Assembly: GCA_001643675.2 (NCBI GenBank)
Contig: LSRY02000017.1
Coordinates: 62,001-126,000, forward strand
Reading direction: 5' to 3'
DNA from: Monocercomonoides exilis PA203
Taxonomy: Eukaryota > Protista > Preaxostyla
Length of the DNA stretch: 64,000 nt
Positions within the stretch are counted from its first letter, which is position 1; each line of letters starts with the position of its first letter. Both the position numbers and the translations under genes were made by a program. Under the pieces are notes generated by a model. It made no database searches and was not told where the DNA came from. It worked only from the letters and a program-made list of their open reading frames with translations. Below are positions 46,913 through 61,791 of this stretch, in pieces.

Positions 46913-49793
46913 ATGGAGCCAGATAAATCACAAGTTATATCTTCCTTATCGCAGCAACAGGACCAGCAAGAAGCTTTTCGCGAAGAACAACAACAGCACG
47001 ATTATCAACATCCACCTCAACAATACGATGGTCCACCTCAATATCCACAAGAGTCATTGTATTATTCACCATTTTATCAACAGGAATTGGCGTTAAATCG
47101 AGGAAGTTTAGGAATGCCTTTACAACGGCAATCTCATGAAGGAAGAGGTTATTTCGATATTTGCGCTTGTTCAATTATCTATAACACTTGAATATTCTTT
47201 TTTATTTTAAATTTTTTGAATATATTTGATAGCTCCAAGACGCCGTCAACGATTAGGTCGACATTTTTCAACACCAGAAGAACTGATACATGCAGTTTGC
47301 GAAGAAGCCATGACATGGGATCAGATTCAATATCCTATTTCTCAAACACGCCCTAGAGAGACTCTTTACCCAATTGAAGGCAAATTTGTTGGCTGTCGAA
47401 TCTGCCCACGATTTTCTCCCACAACAAAGATGAGTAGAATAGTTGAACATATTCGACGCCAACAGCATCGTGGGGTTCCAAGAAAAGAAAATGACGAAGA
47501 TGATGAAGAAACTGAAGAAACATCTTTTCCGGAGCAAATGGAGCTCGATCGATCTTTTAGTCCGTTATTTGAAGATGGAGATGAGATTGAAGAAGGAATG
47601 TCACAAATGCAAAATCGAAAAGATAACAACATTCGAATATTGGAAAAAAAAAAAGATAACCGTGATCTTTCATTTAGGTCTCTTCTTCAACAGCCAATCA
47701 GGACTGAAGCTGACGTTATTCGTGAAATAGGTTCTATTCTTCATAGATATGCAGCTAGATTGAACGATGGAATGATGACAATTCACACGCACCAGTCAAC
47801 ATTTGATTTGAATTCTGAACAATGGAATCAGTACCTACAGGCATCTCAGCAACTAGCCCAGCTTTTGGAAGTATCTCGTGCAGTTGGAGAGCAGATGGTA
47901 GTGATAGGTGAGTCTGAAAGGGAGAAAAAGAGACAATTTCGAAGGGAATCTCGCAGTTTAGCGGTTAGAAACAAGGAGGCTGCAGGGCTTGGTGGTGGGT
48001 TAGGAATGGGTGAAGGAAACGAAGAAGGCGGAAAGGGGGGAATTCAAGGAAGAGGCGATGGGAGCAAAGTGAAAGGAGATCCAGATGATATGAAGCTAGA
48101 TTCGATGATGCTGTTTGGAGTACCTTCGTACGATGGCATAAGTGCACAGAAGAGAAAGAGAGGAGAAGGCAACATGAGAGAGAAAGAAAGCGAGCTTGGA
48201 AAAGTTCGTGCCAAAAGAGAAAGCATCGGAGGAAAGCGGGGAAGAGGAAGGAAACGGAAGCGGGGAGATTATGCAGCTGGGTTGGGAGGTGATGATGACT
48301 TTGAGAATGGATTAGATAATGAGACAGATGATGCAGATGACGATGACGATATGAATTTGAGAGGAAATGGTGCACTTGATGAAGATAACGAACTTGGCGA
48401 AGCTGAAGATGAAACAAGCAGAAGCAGGGCCATAACTTCAAGTTCGCTTGATCGCAGTTTGACTATTCCTTCTTCTTCCTCCACCTCTTCCTCAGTGCTG
48501 GGGACGCAGGGGGCGTCTTTGTCGTTTGGGGGGTCGCTGCAGGATGCATCGGGCAAAGTGCCTTCGAACACGAAATATGGCAAAAAGGGACAGCCTATTT
48601 TCAGGCAGCATCCGCGTCTGATGCTGAATTCCGACTTTTCTCAGTTTTCGTTTCCAGCAGTTAATCAGTCATCGTCTGCAATGTTCCCTCCGCCGCCTTC
48701 GATGCCTGCTTTTCCAGCAGCCTCGGTGCCTTCGCCATCGTCTGCATCTGGCTTGAATTCTTTGTCTTCTGCTCCATTTCCTGCGATTCCATATGGATCA
48801 GTTGGATTTCCTCCTCCCCCCTCTGCAAACACATCAACTTCTTCTGCTTCAGTTAATACTTTGCCTAATGCTTCTCCATCTTCTTATATGCCTTCGTCAT
48901 CTTCAACAACGAATACATTGGGAATGTCAAGTTCTTTACAAGCTCCATTTCCGCAACCAGCTTTCCCTTCATTTCATTCTTCTTCTTCCTCGTCATCTTC
49001 ATCTTCATCATCGTCATCGTCATTGTCTTCAGCAGCATCTACTTCCACTTCTCCTTCATCTTCTTCTTCTCCTTCAACTACTTCCTCCTCGCCTTCTTCC
49101 TCCTCCTCTTCTTCTTCTTCCTCGGGATTTTTACAGCCGTCCAGTTATTTTGTACCTGGGGTCGCTATTTCTGGCTCTTTTGTGCAGGCACCCAATGCAT
49201 CCACCCCTCCCTCTGCTTCAGCTTCAGCTTCAGCTTCAGCTTCCTCATCTTCTTCACAACAGTTCCCGGCACAGACTGCGCCTGCAGCAAATGCCTCTTC
49301 GCAGGCCTCTCAAACTCCAATTAATCCTCAACTGCCTGTGGCTGGCATTCCTTTTAATCCGCTGATTAATCTCCCAGCGCAAAAGAAAATGTTCAAAGCT
49401 TCACCGACACTGCCTCTTGTGCTCCCGTCTGCTCTTTCTTCGTTTCCTCCTTTGCCTTCTTATGCGTCTGCTGCATTAGCACACTCAAATACCGTTGGAG
49501 CAGGGATGCCTCCATCATCTGTGCCTTCAGCCGGGCAAGGATTGCAGCCAGCAGCTGCACCTGGATCAGCCACCCAGTCTTCAATGAGATTCACTTCGTC
49601 AGCTCCATTCCCGTCGCCGCCATCTGTGACGCCACCTTCGGTTCCTTCGTCGTCTGCTTTTCCTTTTCCTCCTTCTTCTTCTTCCCGTGTTCCCATTTCA
49701 TCTTCTATTCCATCTGCAAGTTTGCAGATGTCTTTTCCAGTGGCTTCTCCTTCGACGGCGAATCTTTCAACAAAGCAAAATGTTTCAAGTTAG
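46913..49793 (+). CDS. Putative nuclear C2H2/BED-like zinc-finger protein with a Ser/Pro-rich tail, 2 exons (intron 47148-47232)
   Basis: CRIC-x14-H-x5-H (CRICPRFSPTTKMSRIVEHIRRQQH), basic NLS-like KRGRGRKRKR and a Gln-rich N-terminus. The intron joins GR|APRR in frame. Confidence 0.65.
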
Positions 49794-50860
49794 GAACATT
49801 GAGTGAAATTTTGGATATTTTGTTAACCACTTCATATGTTTATTTGATTTTGTTTAAAATTTTCAAAAAAAAAAGTTTCGTGTAAATTACAATTTGTTTT
49901 CAGTTTTACATTTCGATTTTTTCTGATTAGAATTAATAAAATTCTTTGAACTGAAGCATGGAAGAATTTTTATGCTTCTTTCTCAAACCAAAGCATGGAA
50001 GCCTTCCTTTCTGTGAATTTTTTTGGATTTAAAGTTATTACAACAAATGTTGATGAGTGGAATATTCGAAAAGAATGAAGAATATAATAATATTGTTCAG
50101 ATGATATGCGATAATATAATAACAATTATAGAAAATTTTTGAATGAAAAATTTTGAAATGAAATCGTAAAAACATGAAACATTAAAAATGAAACATTTCA
50201 ATTTGGAATATAGTCAACTAAAAAATTTTCAAATTTAATGAGAAATGAACAAAAGTATGAGTTAGAATGCAACTGCCACTCCAACAAAAAGTGGCTCATA
50301 AGATGTTAAGCTTTTATAATAAAACATGAGAACTTTCGTAAAGAACGCATAGCAAGCAGAAAAAATAAAATGTAACTTTCTTCAAAAACAAACAATATAA
50401 TTAATGATTTATGATATTTCAAAATTTAAAATTTTTGAAATGTGAATACTTACTATTTGCATACTACAAAGTGTCAACAAAAACAATTGCACATAATAAT
50501 ATAAAACACACTTATCTTTTTTGTGAAAGACAAAATACAAATACAGAAAAGAAAGATTTACACTAATTGGAAATGTGTCGGTTCAACTGCGCTAGAAAAG
50601 TTAAATCAAACGGATTTCTTCATGAATATTACAAATATAACATACTCGTTTAAAATAAGCTATAAATCACAAAGAATATATAGATTAAGTTAATGAGCGT
50701 GAATTGTTCAAAGCACTGAAAGAAAATTCAATAAAGATGAGAACGTTATTTGAGAAATATAAAAAAATGTCGTTTCCTTTTGCCAAAAGTGTTCACCTCA
50801 TCATTTCTTGCTCTCTTTTTTGAATCTCTCTTGTTGTGTCGATTCCCTTCTCTAGAATAA

Positions 50861-53800
50861 CTAGAAAGTGTTATACATATCATCATCGAGATCTTCGGGC
50901 ACATACATAGAAATAATCTGAGTCAGCTGTCTCTGTTCTTTCCACTGGTCTTCAATTGTATCAAGGTCATCTTTTTTCGGAGGAAGTACAACTTTCATTG
51001 GCTGTCCATAAGGGGAAGGCAGCGTAAGTGGAGGTAGTGTGTAAACTTCCTCCACTTTCTTTGCCTTTTTCCGAAGTGAAGTTGTTGAAGTTGTATTTGT
51101 GTCAGAGTTGTTATCAGGCACAGTACCTGTGCTATTTTCAACATTGGATTGCTTTCCTTTCTTGCTATCGCTGCTGCTGCTTCCTTCGTCCTTTTCAGTT
51201 GTGCTCATTCCGACCATCTCTCTTTCTTTATCGTTCTTCTTTCCTTTCTTCTTTTCTGAGCGACTTTCCTCGGCACTTGCTCCGTTTTGTTTTGCATCTT
51301 TCTCATTGCTTTCCTTTGTGCCTTTCTTGCCTTTTCCTGTTGTCTGCCGGATAACTTCCTTCATTTCTTCGTCTAAATCTGCATATTCTTCGTCTTCGTC
51401 AATGTCGAGTGGATTTCCCATTGCAGCATATTTTCCTCCCTTCGCATTTTTATTCTTTTTGTTAAGTGGCATTGCTGTCTTAACTCTCTTTCCGCCTCGC
51501 AACTTTTCTTCAACAATATATTCCTCCGAATCTTCGTCTTCGTCGTCATCGTAGTACTCTTCGCGTCGGCTAGACTTATTTTTTGAAACAGCACAAATAA
51601 TGACAACTATAACAACTATGACCACGACCACCGCAGCCACAATAATCACAATAATAACCCATGTCTCCATTTTCTCACCTTTTGTCAAGTCATCGTCAGA
51701 AGTGCGACTTTCGTTGATCAATCCAGAGCCAAGGCTTACGCGACCATCTGTGTGGAACTCTTTCCTTCCTGTCGAGGCATCACCTAATCTATCGTAAAAC
51801 AGAAGGCTCTGAAACAGCGGCTGATTATCGTCGATTTCGGTTCCGTTGAAAGATGTGTCATTCATATGAACAGTGCAACTGATGCTGTTAGAGTTTGTGT
51901 TGATTCCTTGTTCAGATAAGCAAGGCACTCGAAACTTTCTCTTCGAAAAATACTCCTCAATCTCCACATCCACATCACATCCCACAAGATTACTCCCTGA
52001 AAATGATGCTGTAAATTTTTTGCTTTGCTTTTCAATAGAAGCACTTGTTGACTTTACGACTGGAATGAAATTCAATGAAAATAATGAAGACATTTTTTCG
52101 TAGACAACTTCGCAGGGGTCAAACACTCGAATCCACAAAGAAGCATTCTCAGTTAATTTGCTTTCTTGTTTGCCATCAAAAGTTAAATTTTCTAAAACTA
52201 ACTTTGTATACCCTTCGCATTGAATATTTTTGCGGATAACATCCGGTATTTTATTTAAAGAAAGCTTATTGTTATTGAATGTGCAATTTTTAACAGTAAC
52301 GTTTCCTCCATCAACCAATAAAGCTGTTTGTGGTTGTCCAGAAAAGGTTGAATTTGCAATGGTGGCACTCATATGACTGTTGTGGAGATATATGCAGCTT
52401 TTCTCCCATGCGCAAAAATCTGGCCATTTCGTATCTGAATAGTCGTTAGAAAGTGCCGGAAGAGATGAAGGTCCATTGATAGTTGAATCAAAAGATAATT
52501 GCTGCGTTGTTTTTTTCACATTTTGCGCATCTTCATCATTTAGTGTGTTTTCACTTGCGTCGTTTGAACTTTGAAAGCTGGAGCCTGATTTTGAAAATGA
52601 GCATCCATTAACATTCACGTTATTGCAGGATAAATCCATCAGCGAACGACTTTCAGTGGCTGTTGAGGTTGGATATGCCATCGCACATGACATCTTGACA
52701 TTACTGAGAGTCAATGTTCCACCGCCATTCATTGTAATCAATGAGTAGTCGATGGTTGTTGATGCATTAAATGTAGTCTTTGTTACAGTGAAGTTTCCTC
52801 CTGTTGTAGTGGTAAATGAATCACAATTTATTGATGATTCTAATTGAAACGCAAGCTCATTAAATTTTGAATCACCATTATTTTTAATCATTGACTCGTT
52901 ATAGACTTCAGATTTTCCAACAATTATTTTCTTATTTTGTGCCATTTTGATTGTTGTATTTCCAATTACACAACCCCCTTCAGTTATGCTTGTATCATCA
53001 TTGATGTTTATGTTATTGCTCGTCGTTTTATCAAGTCGATTGATAGCAGAATGAAGAGTATTACAAGGATAATCTGTACCGCAAAACTGTCCGTCAATTT
53101 TATCATTTCCACCAATTTCGACATTTTTAATTGGTTCCTTAAATGTCAGATCCTTTAACGGATAAAATTTTTCGTAATCTATTGTTCCAACAAAACCTTT
53201 AGAAAGTTCAGCTGTTATATTAATTGTGGAATTTTCTATCGCCTTGACAAGCTCTTTGCATTCAAACATTAAATTACTACCATTATTTGCTTCATTATTT
53301 TCAAAAGTAATTGTTGAAGCATTAAATTCTAGTGATGGAATATCTTTATCCTTTGAACAGTTTATGAAAAATACTCCCCCTAATTTATTACCAGCATCAG
53401 CATTACAATTTGAGTAATTTCCAGAACTCAAAGAAAATTTTGATAAATTGCTCAGAACAAGAGTCATAAAGCCGCCAGAAGAGCCAGTAGCCGATGAGCA
53501 TCCATACACGGTAAGATTAGACAAGGTAATTTCCTTTTCAGGTGCAATCCACACAAATAAAGGAGAAAGAGCAGTGCCACTTTTAATCGGATCGGTGGTA
53601 CACAAAATGTTTTCGAATTTTGAATTTAAGATTTTCACAAGATTTGAAGAGTTGATTGTGAATAGTGGGTGATTTATAGGTTTCATGTTGGAAACAGAAA
53701 ACTTTTCGGCTTCAAAATTATCAACAGTCAAACTAAACGCAGAATAACTGTGATTTGGTTCGCTTTGTGTGGAATAAGTCCAGGAAATGTCAGATGAAAA

Positions 53801-56800
53801 AGAGCTCCCTTCGCCAATGTAGTACAATTCAACATTATTCATTTTGAAGGTGCCTGCAGTCTGCTTAACAATCGAAGTGTAAGATACTGGTAAACTTGTT
53901 GTAGGGATTTCGAGTATAACATTGTCAAATAAGATTCCTCCGCATGATGTCACAAATGCAGTTGGTTTATTTTCGTCGGTTGCTGCATGAGCATAAGGTG
54001 CGTAAAACGACGAAGTAGAAAGCTGTGCTGTGGGAATAGAAAACTTTAACTGAACTTTTTGTTCTTGTACGTCTTCAGCGTTATCGAATTTTCGCTCTGA
54101 AGCTTTAGGCGATGAAGAACGTTTCTGAGAATTCATATGAAAATCTGAACTGGTTAATGAATGATGAGAATAAAGTGAAGCGGTCGTTGATCTGAAAAAG
54201 GAAGTAGCTGAATGAGTCAAAACAGAAGATGTTGAATCACCAAATTTATCATCACCAGTAATTGTAATATCGTTCTCTTCAAAATCAACTCCACTACCAA
54301 ATTCTATGTAATTATTAACTATTTCCAGATATATTATTTGGTTGTACCAAATAATATTATTTGACACCCCAAAAATCGTTTTGCATGGATTATTTTTATC
54401 ATGTCCGCATGCCTCATTATCATCACTGGTACCACTACTGACATAAACTTTCTTCACTTTCAGTATTTCAAGAAGATCATGATCACTTTTAACATCGTTG
54501 GCAAAGCAAATATAATTATTTTCCTTTTGATCATCAATATTATCCTGCGTAAATAGTTTTTTGAATATTCCATGCCAATTGTCATATTCATATTTATTTG
54601 TTTTAATGTATATTCTTGTTCCTTTAGTAGCATTGCACCCGACAAACTTTAGATTCCATAATTTTGGGACAGGTGCTTCACTTAAATTGAAGCTGAGAAA
54701 TAGCGCTCCACCTTTTGTTTCATGAATGGCAGAAATGCCATCTCGAGCTTCGCAGTCCTTGAATGTGCAATTATCCAACGTCAATTGAGTAGTAGCTTGA
54801 TTGCTTTGCGATTCCGATGCTTCAATATGCATTGCACCTCCTGAAGATTTGGGCGATTCTGTGAAGCAATTCTCAAAGTTACAGTTTTTCGCTTCCAAAA
54901 CTGCAGAGCTTGGAAGAGAAAGACAGAATGCTCCGCCTTTCGCAATGTCATCATCTCCTTTCGCTGTTATTGAAACTGATTTAAACTCACTATCAGTAAT
55001 GCTAATATTAAAAGCCGATGAATCATCAGTAGATAATGCTATAAAAATAGAAAAAGAATAATGCAATAAACAGGGGAAAAGAAAAAAAAATATTATTTCC
55101 ATTAAAAAAACAAAAAATAAAAATAAAAATAAAACTTTAGAATCCAACAAAGTGTTTATTTAAAAAGAAATTTCATAAATTTTCACTTTATCAAATAATT
55201 GTTTTTTAAAAAAAGAATTGTTAAATAAAAGATATTTATATTTTTTTGTTTCACTTACCATTAAAACCCTGTGAGACATCCTTCAAATCTATCACAAATG
55301 TTGAGCGATGTTCTCTAACACTGTTTTCTGGAACGTGTGATTCGCTTCCATCGCTCTTTCCATTGAAAATGCATTTGCTTATCTTCACAGATGGACGATC
55401 AGTAGATAGAGTAAAAAGAAACTTCAGCAATATTGCACCTCCTTTTGAAAAAGCATTTCCTGCAGCGACGCAGTCAGTAAAGTTTGAGGAATCGCAGCTG
55501 AAAGAGCCGTTTCCGCTTATTACACATCCGAGACATCCTCCGACAGAACTCACATTGCACCCATTGGATTCAGATCCAGTGACTGACGACGGAAACGATG
55601 ACGAAGAAGTGCAAAGGCAATGCTCAAATTTGCTTCCTGAAATTTTAACATCACTTAAAGCAGCCTCATCTGGCAAGTCAATATAAATTGCTGCTCCTTG
55701 TTTTGTAAGTGAAGTCTCACTGCATCCAACGTATTCGGTTGTAATGCATGATAAGAACTGTGAATTAGAAATTGAAAGTATGCTGCCATTTTGCAGTGAT
55801 GCATACACTGCACCTCCTCTGGAATCCGCTCCAAGACATACACAATTCGAAAACTTTGCCTTTATATTCAAAGTTGCAGGATAGCTGGTACTCAAATAAA
55901 TAGCTCCTCCAAATGCTTTCCCCATGGATGCTGTATTTTTGTGCTGTGACTGCAATGCATTTTCTTTTCCGTTTTGTTGCTGTCGAACCTGGCAATTGGA
56001 AAAAGTGCCATAAATGGATATTTCAGGTTTATTTGAAGAATTTGATTCCAAATATATTGCACCTCCTTCCAAGGAAGACACTCCGTTTCCTAATTCTTCC
56101 TCTTCAGCACTATTATTTCCTTGTGTACCGCCGTTAGCTTCTCCGAAAATGCTATCTTCTGATCCAATAGTGATTCTTTCTGCCGAAGTTGCAATATGTG
56201 CAATACCTCCTTTCCCGTATTTACTTTGCATCTTCGTAAATTTCCCTGAAAATGAAAGTCGTGTTCCTGTTTGAGTTATATAAATTGGTGATTTTTCACC
56301 ATTATCACTAATTTGCTGTATGTTCGTTAATATCAGATTCTGCATAGTAATCGAATCGCTTGAACTGATGTCGATTGCAGCACCATTACTAATCAGGAGG
56401 TCATTCGCATAAAGATCACTGATTTCAACTTCACTCGCAATAGCCTTAAAAAGCGTATAGCTCAAAGAATATGCTGCTTCGTTGAGTCGTGACTGCATTG
56501 GATTCTTCACGCAAATGGTTTTTAAAGTGAAAGCAGAGTTTCCCCCCGCGCATATTAACGTATTATAAACCGAATCTTGAATATCTGGAATCTCTAGATT
56601 CAAATTAGAAATCTTCAAATCATTTTCTGTATAAAAGAAAGATGATGTTTCATCCGTATTGATTGATCTGATTAACGTGTCACCACTTAAACTTTGAGAA
56701 GTCTGAAATTGTATGGAATCAGTCGGCTTGCTTTGCTTCGCATCGTTCTTTCCTTCAAATGATAAAGGAATCACTGCTTTATATCCCCCGTCCAAAACAA

Positions 56801-59800
56801 CTTTTCCTGATAATATCAATCGAAGCTTCATCCAATTTGTCTTATCGAGAGCATACTCTAGCGTTTTGCAAGGCGAGGAAGGAAGAAGACCACATTTCTT
56901 GTTTGAACCAGTAGAATTATTATCAGAGCCGCTTTCACTGACATATGAACGTTCTGTTTGAAGGTGTGTATCAAGACTAGCAAAAGATGATGATTTCTCA
57001 TATGCATAGTCATTTGTTTTTATGTCTTCTATATTTGAATCATTTAAATAGCAAAACTGAAAGTGGTAGAGGCATTCTGGAACATCGCTTCCTTTAAATG
57101 CAATCATATTGCCGTTTGTATCTGCTAATGTTCCTGAAAACAACAGATTTTCAAATTTTAATGTGTCAAAATCAACATTTTCCGCTTTTGTATCCAGTTC
57201 TAAAAACAAAGCACCTCCATACCCATATCCACGATTCAATGAATTTTTTGTTGCGATACAGTTTGTAAAACTTATATTATTCAATGATAATGTTGCATCT
57301 TCTGAAACAGAAAGATACATTCCTCCACCGCATCCATTTATTATATTAGATGAAGTTAAATAGTTTTTGGAAGAGGCATAGCAGTTCCGAAAAATGCAAT
57401 GTTCAACACTAATTGCCGGCTTGACATCTGTGGTACCATTATTTACTACTTCTGATGCTTTTGTCCATTTCCCATTTCGAAACTGCCTTCTTCTCTCAGA
57501 AGAATCTGAATTCGCTCCAGTCTCTTTCGCAAGGATGGATTTTACATACACAGCTCCGCCCTGAGTGGCATTCAACTTTCCATCCTCATTTTCAGATCCA
57601 AAAGTGCATCCTTTCAATGAGAAACTGCTTCGCCCTCTGAGAAGCACATTCACCGCTGATCCATTACCGTAAACTGTGGTCAGACTGTTAAAAATGCAGC
57701 TTTCCATCTTAAATTGCCCTCCTTTGTCGTTGCTCTGTGTAGGTGTTGGGATTCCGTTTTCTCCTGCTGCACATCTTGGAAGAGATGAAATTTCATAATA
57801 AAAAGGTGCATTTGAGCAGTTTTTCACTGTTTGACTAATTTTACTGAATTCACAGTCTGTAACTTTCACTGTTTGCGAAGTTACGTTAATATAAGATGGA
57901 ATAAAAAGATCATTTGTTGCAGTTTGATGCGCCCGGAGATATTCAGTTGAATAAAAGAAAGAAGAAAGCGAAGCGAAAGTTTCTGCCTCTGTTGATCCAG
58001 TAACAGTAACAGCGTCCATTTCAAACTCACCCGCCGTTTTTAGGATACAGCAATAAAGTGGTTCAGGAGATGTTACAGATTGGCTAAAAAAGAGAGTAAT
58101 GCTGCGGATTTTCGCAATACCGCCTGTCGATGTAATGAACGCGTCGAGCGACTCTCCATAATTCATGTCCATGCCCTCGCTCTCTTCGTTAGCTTGCTTC
58201 TTTTGTTGTTGGTGCTTCAAATTGGAACAGTGATTTGGTTCATTCCTAAAAAGACCTCCCTCAGCACGATTCAAAACAGCATTAGAGCCAGAAGCTGGTG
58301 GATTTTGTGGATCCTGAGGATATGTTTTGACAAATTTTACAGTTGCCTTATTATTACCAGACTGGTCTTCAGTCGTAAGTGTCCAATCGCCCCAGCCAAG
58401 ATTAGCAGACTTATTGAAATCCACTTCACCATTCACGTAAATAGTACGCTCACACCAAGATATGTGAGACAAGGCCTCTCCAACTGTTTTACAGGGAGAA
58501 CCACTGCTTCTGCCACAAGTTGAGTTATCTTCCCCAGTTGCACTTATATAGTCTGTTAGTGATTTGTTGAATGCACCTTCAATAATGCCTTCAATGCTGT
58601 TTTCTTTGTTCTTTGAAAACAAGTTTTGATATTCTTCTAAACCTTGATTTGAAAACATCTCCTTTGTGAACATATCCGGAAAGCGATCATATGAAGGTTT
58701 AAGTTCATCCTTTGTATATTCAATCATTATAAAGGCACCTTTTTCTGCTCCAACTGTATCTTTGTCGAACTTTATGTTTCTGAATATGTAGCTATCTTTG
58801 CTGCCTGCTAATTTTAGATATATTCCTCCTCCGCACCCATTGTAATTACCTTCAGAAAGTATTGTATTTCCTTCATCATCTTGTAATGGCTCTTCATTTG
58901 CGACCCCACAATTTGTGAAAGTGCTATCTTTAATCATGAATCTTGCCTTCTGACCATTAAGTGCAATGTAAACAGCACCTCCTTTCCCGTCCTTTTGTTG
59001 AATATTCCAGCAGTTGTCGAAATTGCAGCCGATAAGCACAAGCCGGTCAGAAACATCAGATGAAAGATTTTCACTTTTTCCCAAATCAGTACATATGCAC
59101 CCAGCACACGGCATTCCTTTTGTTTCGTCGTTGCTTTGTGATTTTTCCTTCTTTGATGCAAACGAAGCAGAAAGAGATCTTGATGAAGATGCGTCTGCAG
59201 CTGTTGACGGATTTGGAAATGTGCTAATAACGTTCTGAAACTCTGTGGCGCGAATATCCACATCAACAGCAGACACAGAAGACTGGTGGAAGGAACGAAC
59301 AATAGCAGAAGTAGCAGTCAAGGAAATAGAGCAGAAAACGCAGTTCTTCATTTTCAGGCTTCCTGATGTCAACATGAACACAGGCGCTTTTGCAACAACT
59401 GGCGCTGCTGCAGCATTTGAAAAATGGAGATCGGATTTGTGAATGCTTTGCAGCGGGGTAAAAGAAGAGGCAGAATCAGATGAGACCACTGCAGCACTTT
59501 CCTTGCTGGCTCCTTTAAACCAACATCTTGTGAATTTAGCAACGGCAGGATCGCCTTCACTGATTTCCTTGTAGTTATTGATTTCAAACAGCGCATTTTC
59601 CGCATCAGGATCTGGTTGGTGCACAAAACTAATGTCTGAGATAGACAGCTCATGCAATAAAATGAATGATGCGGGCGCTGGATCATTGACAGCGGATTTC
59701 TTTTTTGTTTTGGGCTTTGTGGCATAAATGACTACTGACGGTTCTTCGCACCCTGATGGTGCTAATTCATTCACCTGTTTTGCTCCTTTAATTTCCTTTA

Positions 59801-61600
59801 GATTATTGTCTCAGATAAAACAAAATAAATAATAATAATTCAAATTTCAGTTTTTATTAATGAAAAATAGAATGGCACACTAAATATGTGAAATCCGGCG
59901 GAATACTCTCCAGCTTCAATGGTAATTATGCTTTTCATATTCGTCTCCGCAGCCGCCTCAAAAGTTCTGCAACTTTGACTGTAAAGACAAACTGCATTAT
60001 CAAGACTTCCCGTAACATTCAACTTAGCAGAGGAATTGACATTAATTTCGTTTGATGAAGAACTATTTGGAAAATAACTTAAAATATTATTAATCAATGA
60101 ATGGCTGGTTCCCTGTGACAATGAATATGTATTAGTAGTTTTATTAGCAAAAGTTCCACTAACGTTAACAAACAGATCTGATCCATAAGGTGTCGTATCT
60201 CCGGTTGTTCGATCTACAACGTTTGAAGCAAACAAACAATATGCTAAATTTAATGTAACTTTTGGGTGAGTATTGTTGTCTGGTACTTTCAAGCAAATTC
60301 CAGCAGTATATCCTTTGGACCATCCCTCGGCCAAATAGCTGTTTGTAATAGTCAAAGAATCCAAATTACAGAAAAAGCAAGCGCTTCCAGTTGGATCCTC
60401 GTTATCATTGCGACGAAAAGAAGAGAAATAATTAAAATTTAAATGACCCTGTTCTTCTTTTTCCAGCTGACATCGAATAAAGCGACATCCAGTAACATTT
60501 CCAGATCCTTGTCGTGAATAGACTCCAGCGCCTTCGATCGCTGCGATGGAATCTTTGAAGATGGAATTATCCAAAAGAAGTTTTCCTTTCTCTGAATAAA
60601 GACATCCACCACTGCCTTTTGATCTACAGTTCCTAAATTCACAACCATTCATCAATACTGTTTCTTTGTTTCCATCTCCATCTGTATTAACCCATATTGC
60701 TCCTCCTGCGGCCTGTTTATTAGTTTCCTGATCTGTTCCCCTAACCGAATCATTCTCAAAATAGCATGAAACAAGTTCCAATTTAGCATTCGCTGATAAT
60801 GATATGCACAAAGCTCCTCCTTTAACGTTATTACCGTTATTGGCATTTACAAAGTCGCAAAACTCATATTTCTGATCTTCAGAATTTTCAGCTACTTCCC
60901 TTGATGATTTGCTACAATTTTGATTTGTACTGAAGCATCCAAAAAATGAATTGTTTTTAGCATAAATATAGCCAGCACCAATGCTTCCTAAAATTAAATT
61001 TCCAGAGATTGGGCTATCACAATAATTAAATGTACATTCTGAAAGAAAAGTATAATGCTCTTTTTCATTAAGACCTTCTGAATAAGAAGAACAAGAAACT
61101 GAATTCACTTTCGTTTTGCTAATGTTCCAAAATTTGCAGGAATCAATTTTCAGAGTACTTAGAAAAGGATTATCAAATAAAGGAATTGAACTGAATGATA
61201 TCAAATTCTGAAATTTGCTATCATAAATTAAAAATGATCCTCCAACTGATTGTTGTGATAATATCGAAGGAAAAAGCAAGGTGGATAATAGACAATGTTT
61301 TAATGAAATATTAACAATATCAATGCTTCCTCCATTTGTTGTAATTAATGCAGATTGTCGTTTGATCTCAAACACAACTTTCACATTCTTGATGATGTAA
61401 ACAGATGAAGCGTCAATATTACATAGTTCAGATTCAGAGTCAATATCAAATGTCACCGTTGATGTTTGCAATGAAGAGTTATGAAGTAAAAAATAAGAAA
61501 ATTCATCATTGTGAAAAAGAAGAATAGGTTCAGAAGTTTCATGGATGGAATCTATAGAAGAGCATATTTTAATAAGAAATATCGTAAAAAAGAGTTGCAT
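50861..61600 (-). CDS. ~3,450-aa type I membrane surface protein with Pmp-like/right-handed beta-helix repeats, 3 exons (introns ~59800-59875 with uncertain boundaries, and 55039-55258)
   Basis: Signal peptide MQLFFTIFLIKICSS, many GGA(I/L/V)(Y/F) and FxxC motifs, repeated Y(V/I)S..G.D...CG....PCKT modules, a single TM (WVIIVIIVAAVVVVIVVIVVIICAV) and a charged tail. A GTAAGT donor at 55258 joins a TAG acceptor in frame. Confidence 0.8.
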
Positions 61601-61791
61601 TTCTAATTTAGTCGAAAAATGAATGTTGCTCAAATATAACAAAATTTTTAAATATTAAGTATTTATGATCAAAAATGAATCTTTTCAAATCACAATCATT
61701 CATTTCTTAAAATATGTTTTTGCTATTTTGGTAGTTTATTTTTTTGCATAAAAATACTTCTATACTAAACTATGGTTATAGATCTTGAAAA

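Noticed and set aside
50575-50600. GGTTCAACT resembling a tRNA T-loop
   Set aside because: No cloverleaf, acceptor stem or D-arm can be built around it. No tRNA, rRNA or CRISPR array was found in the window.
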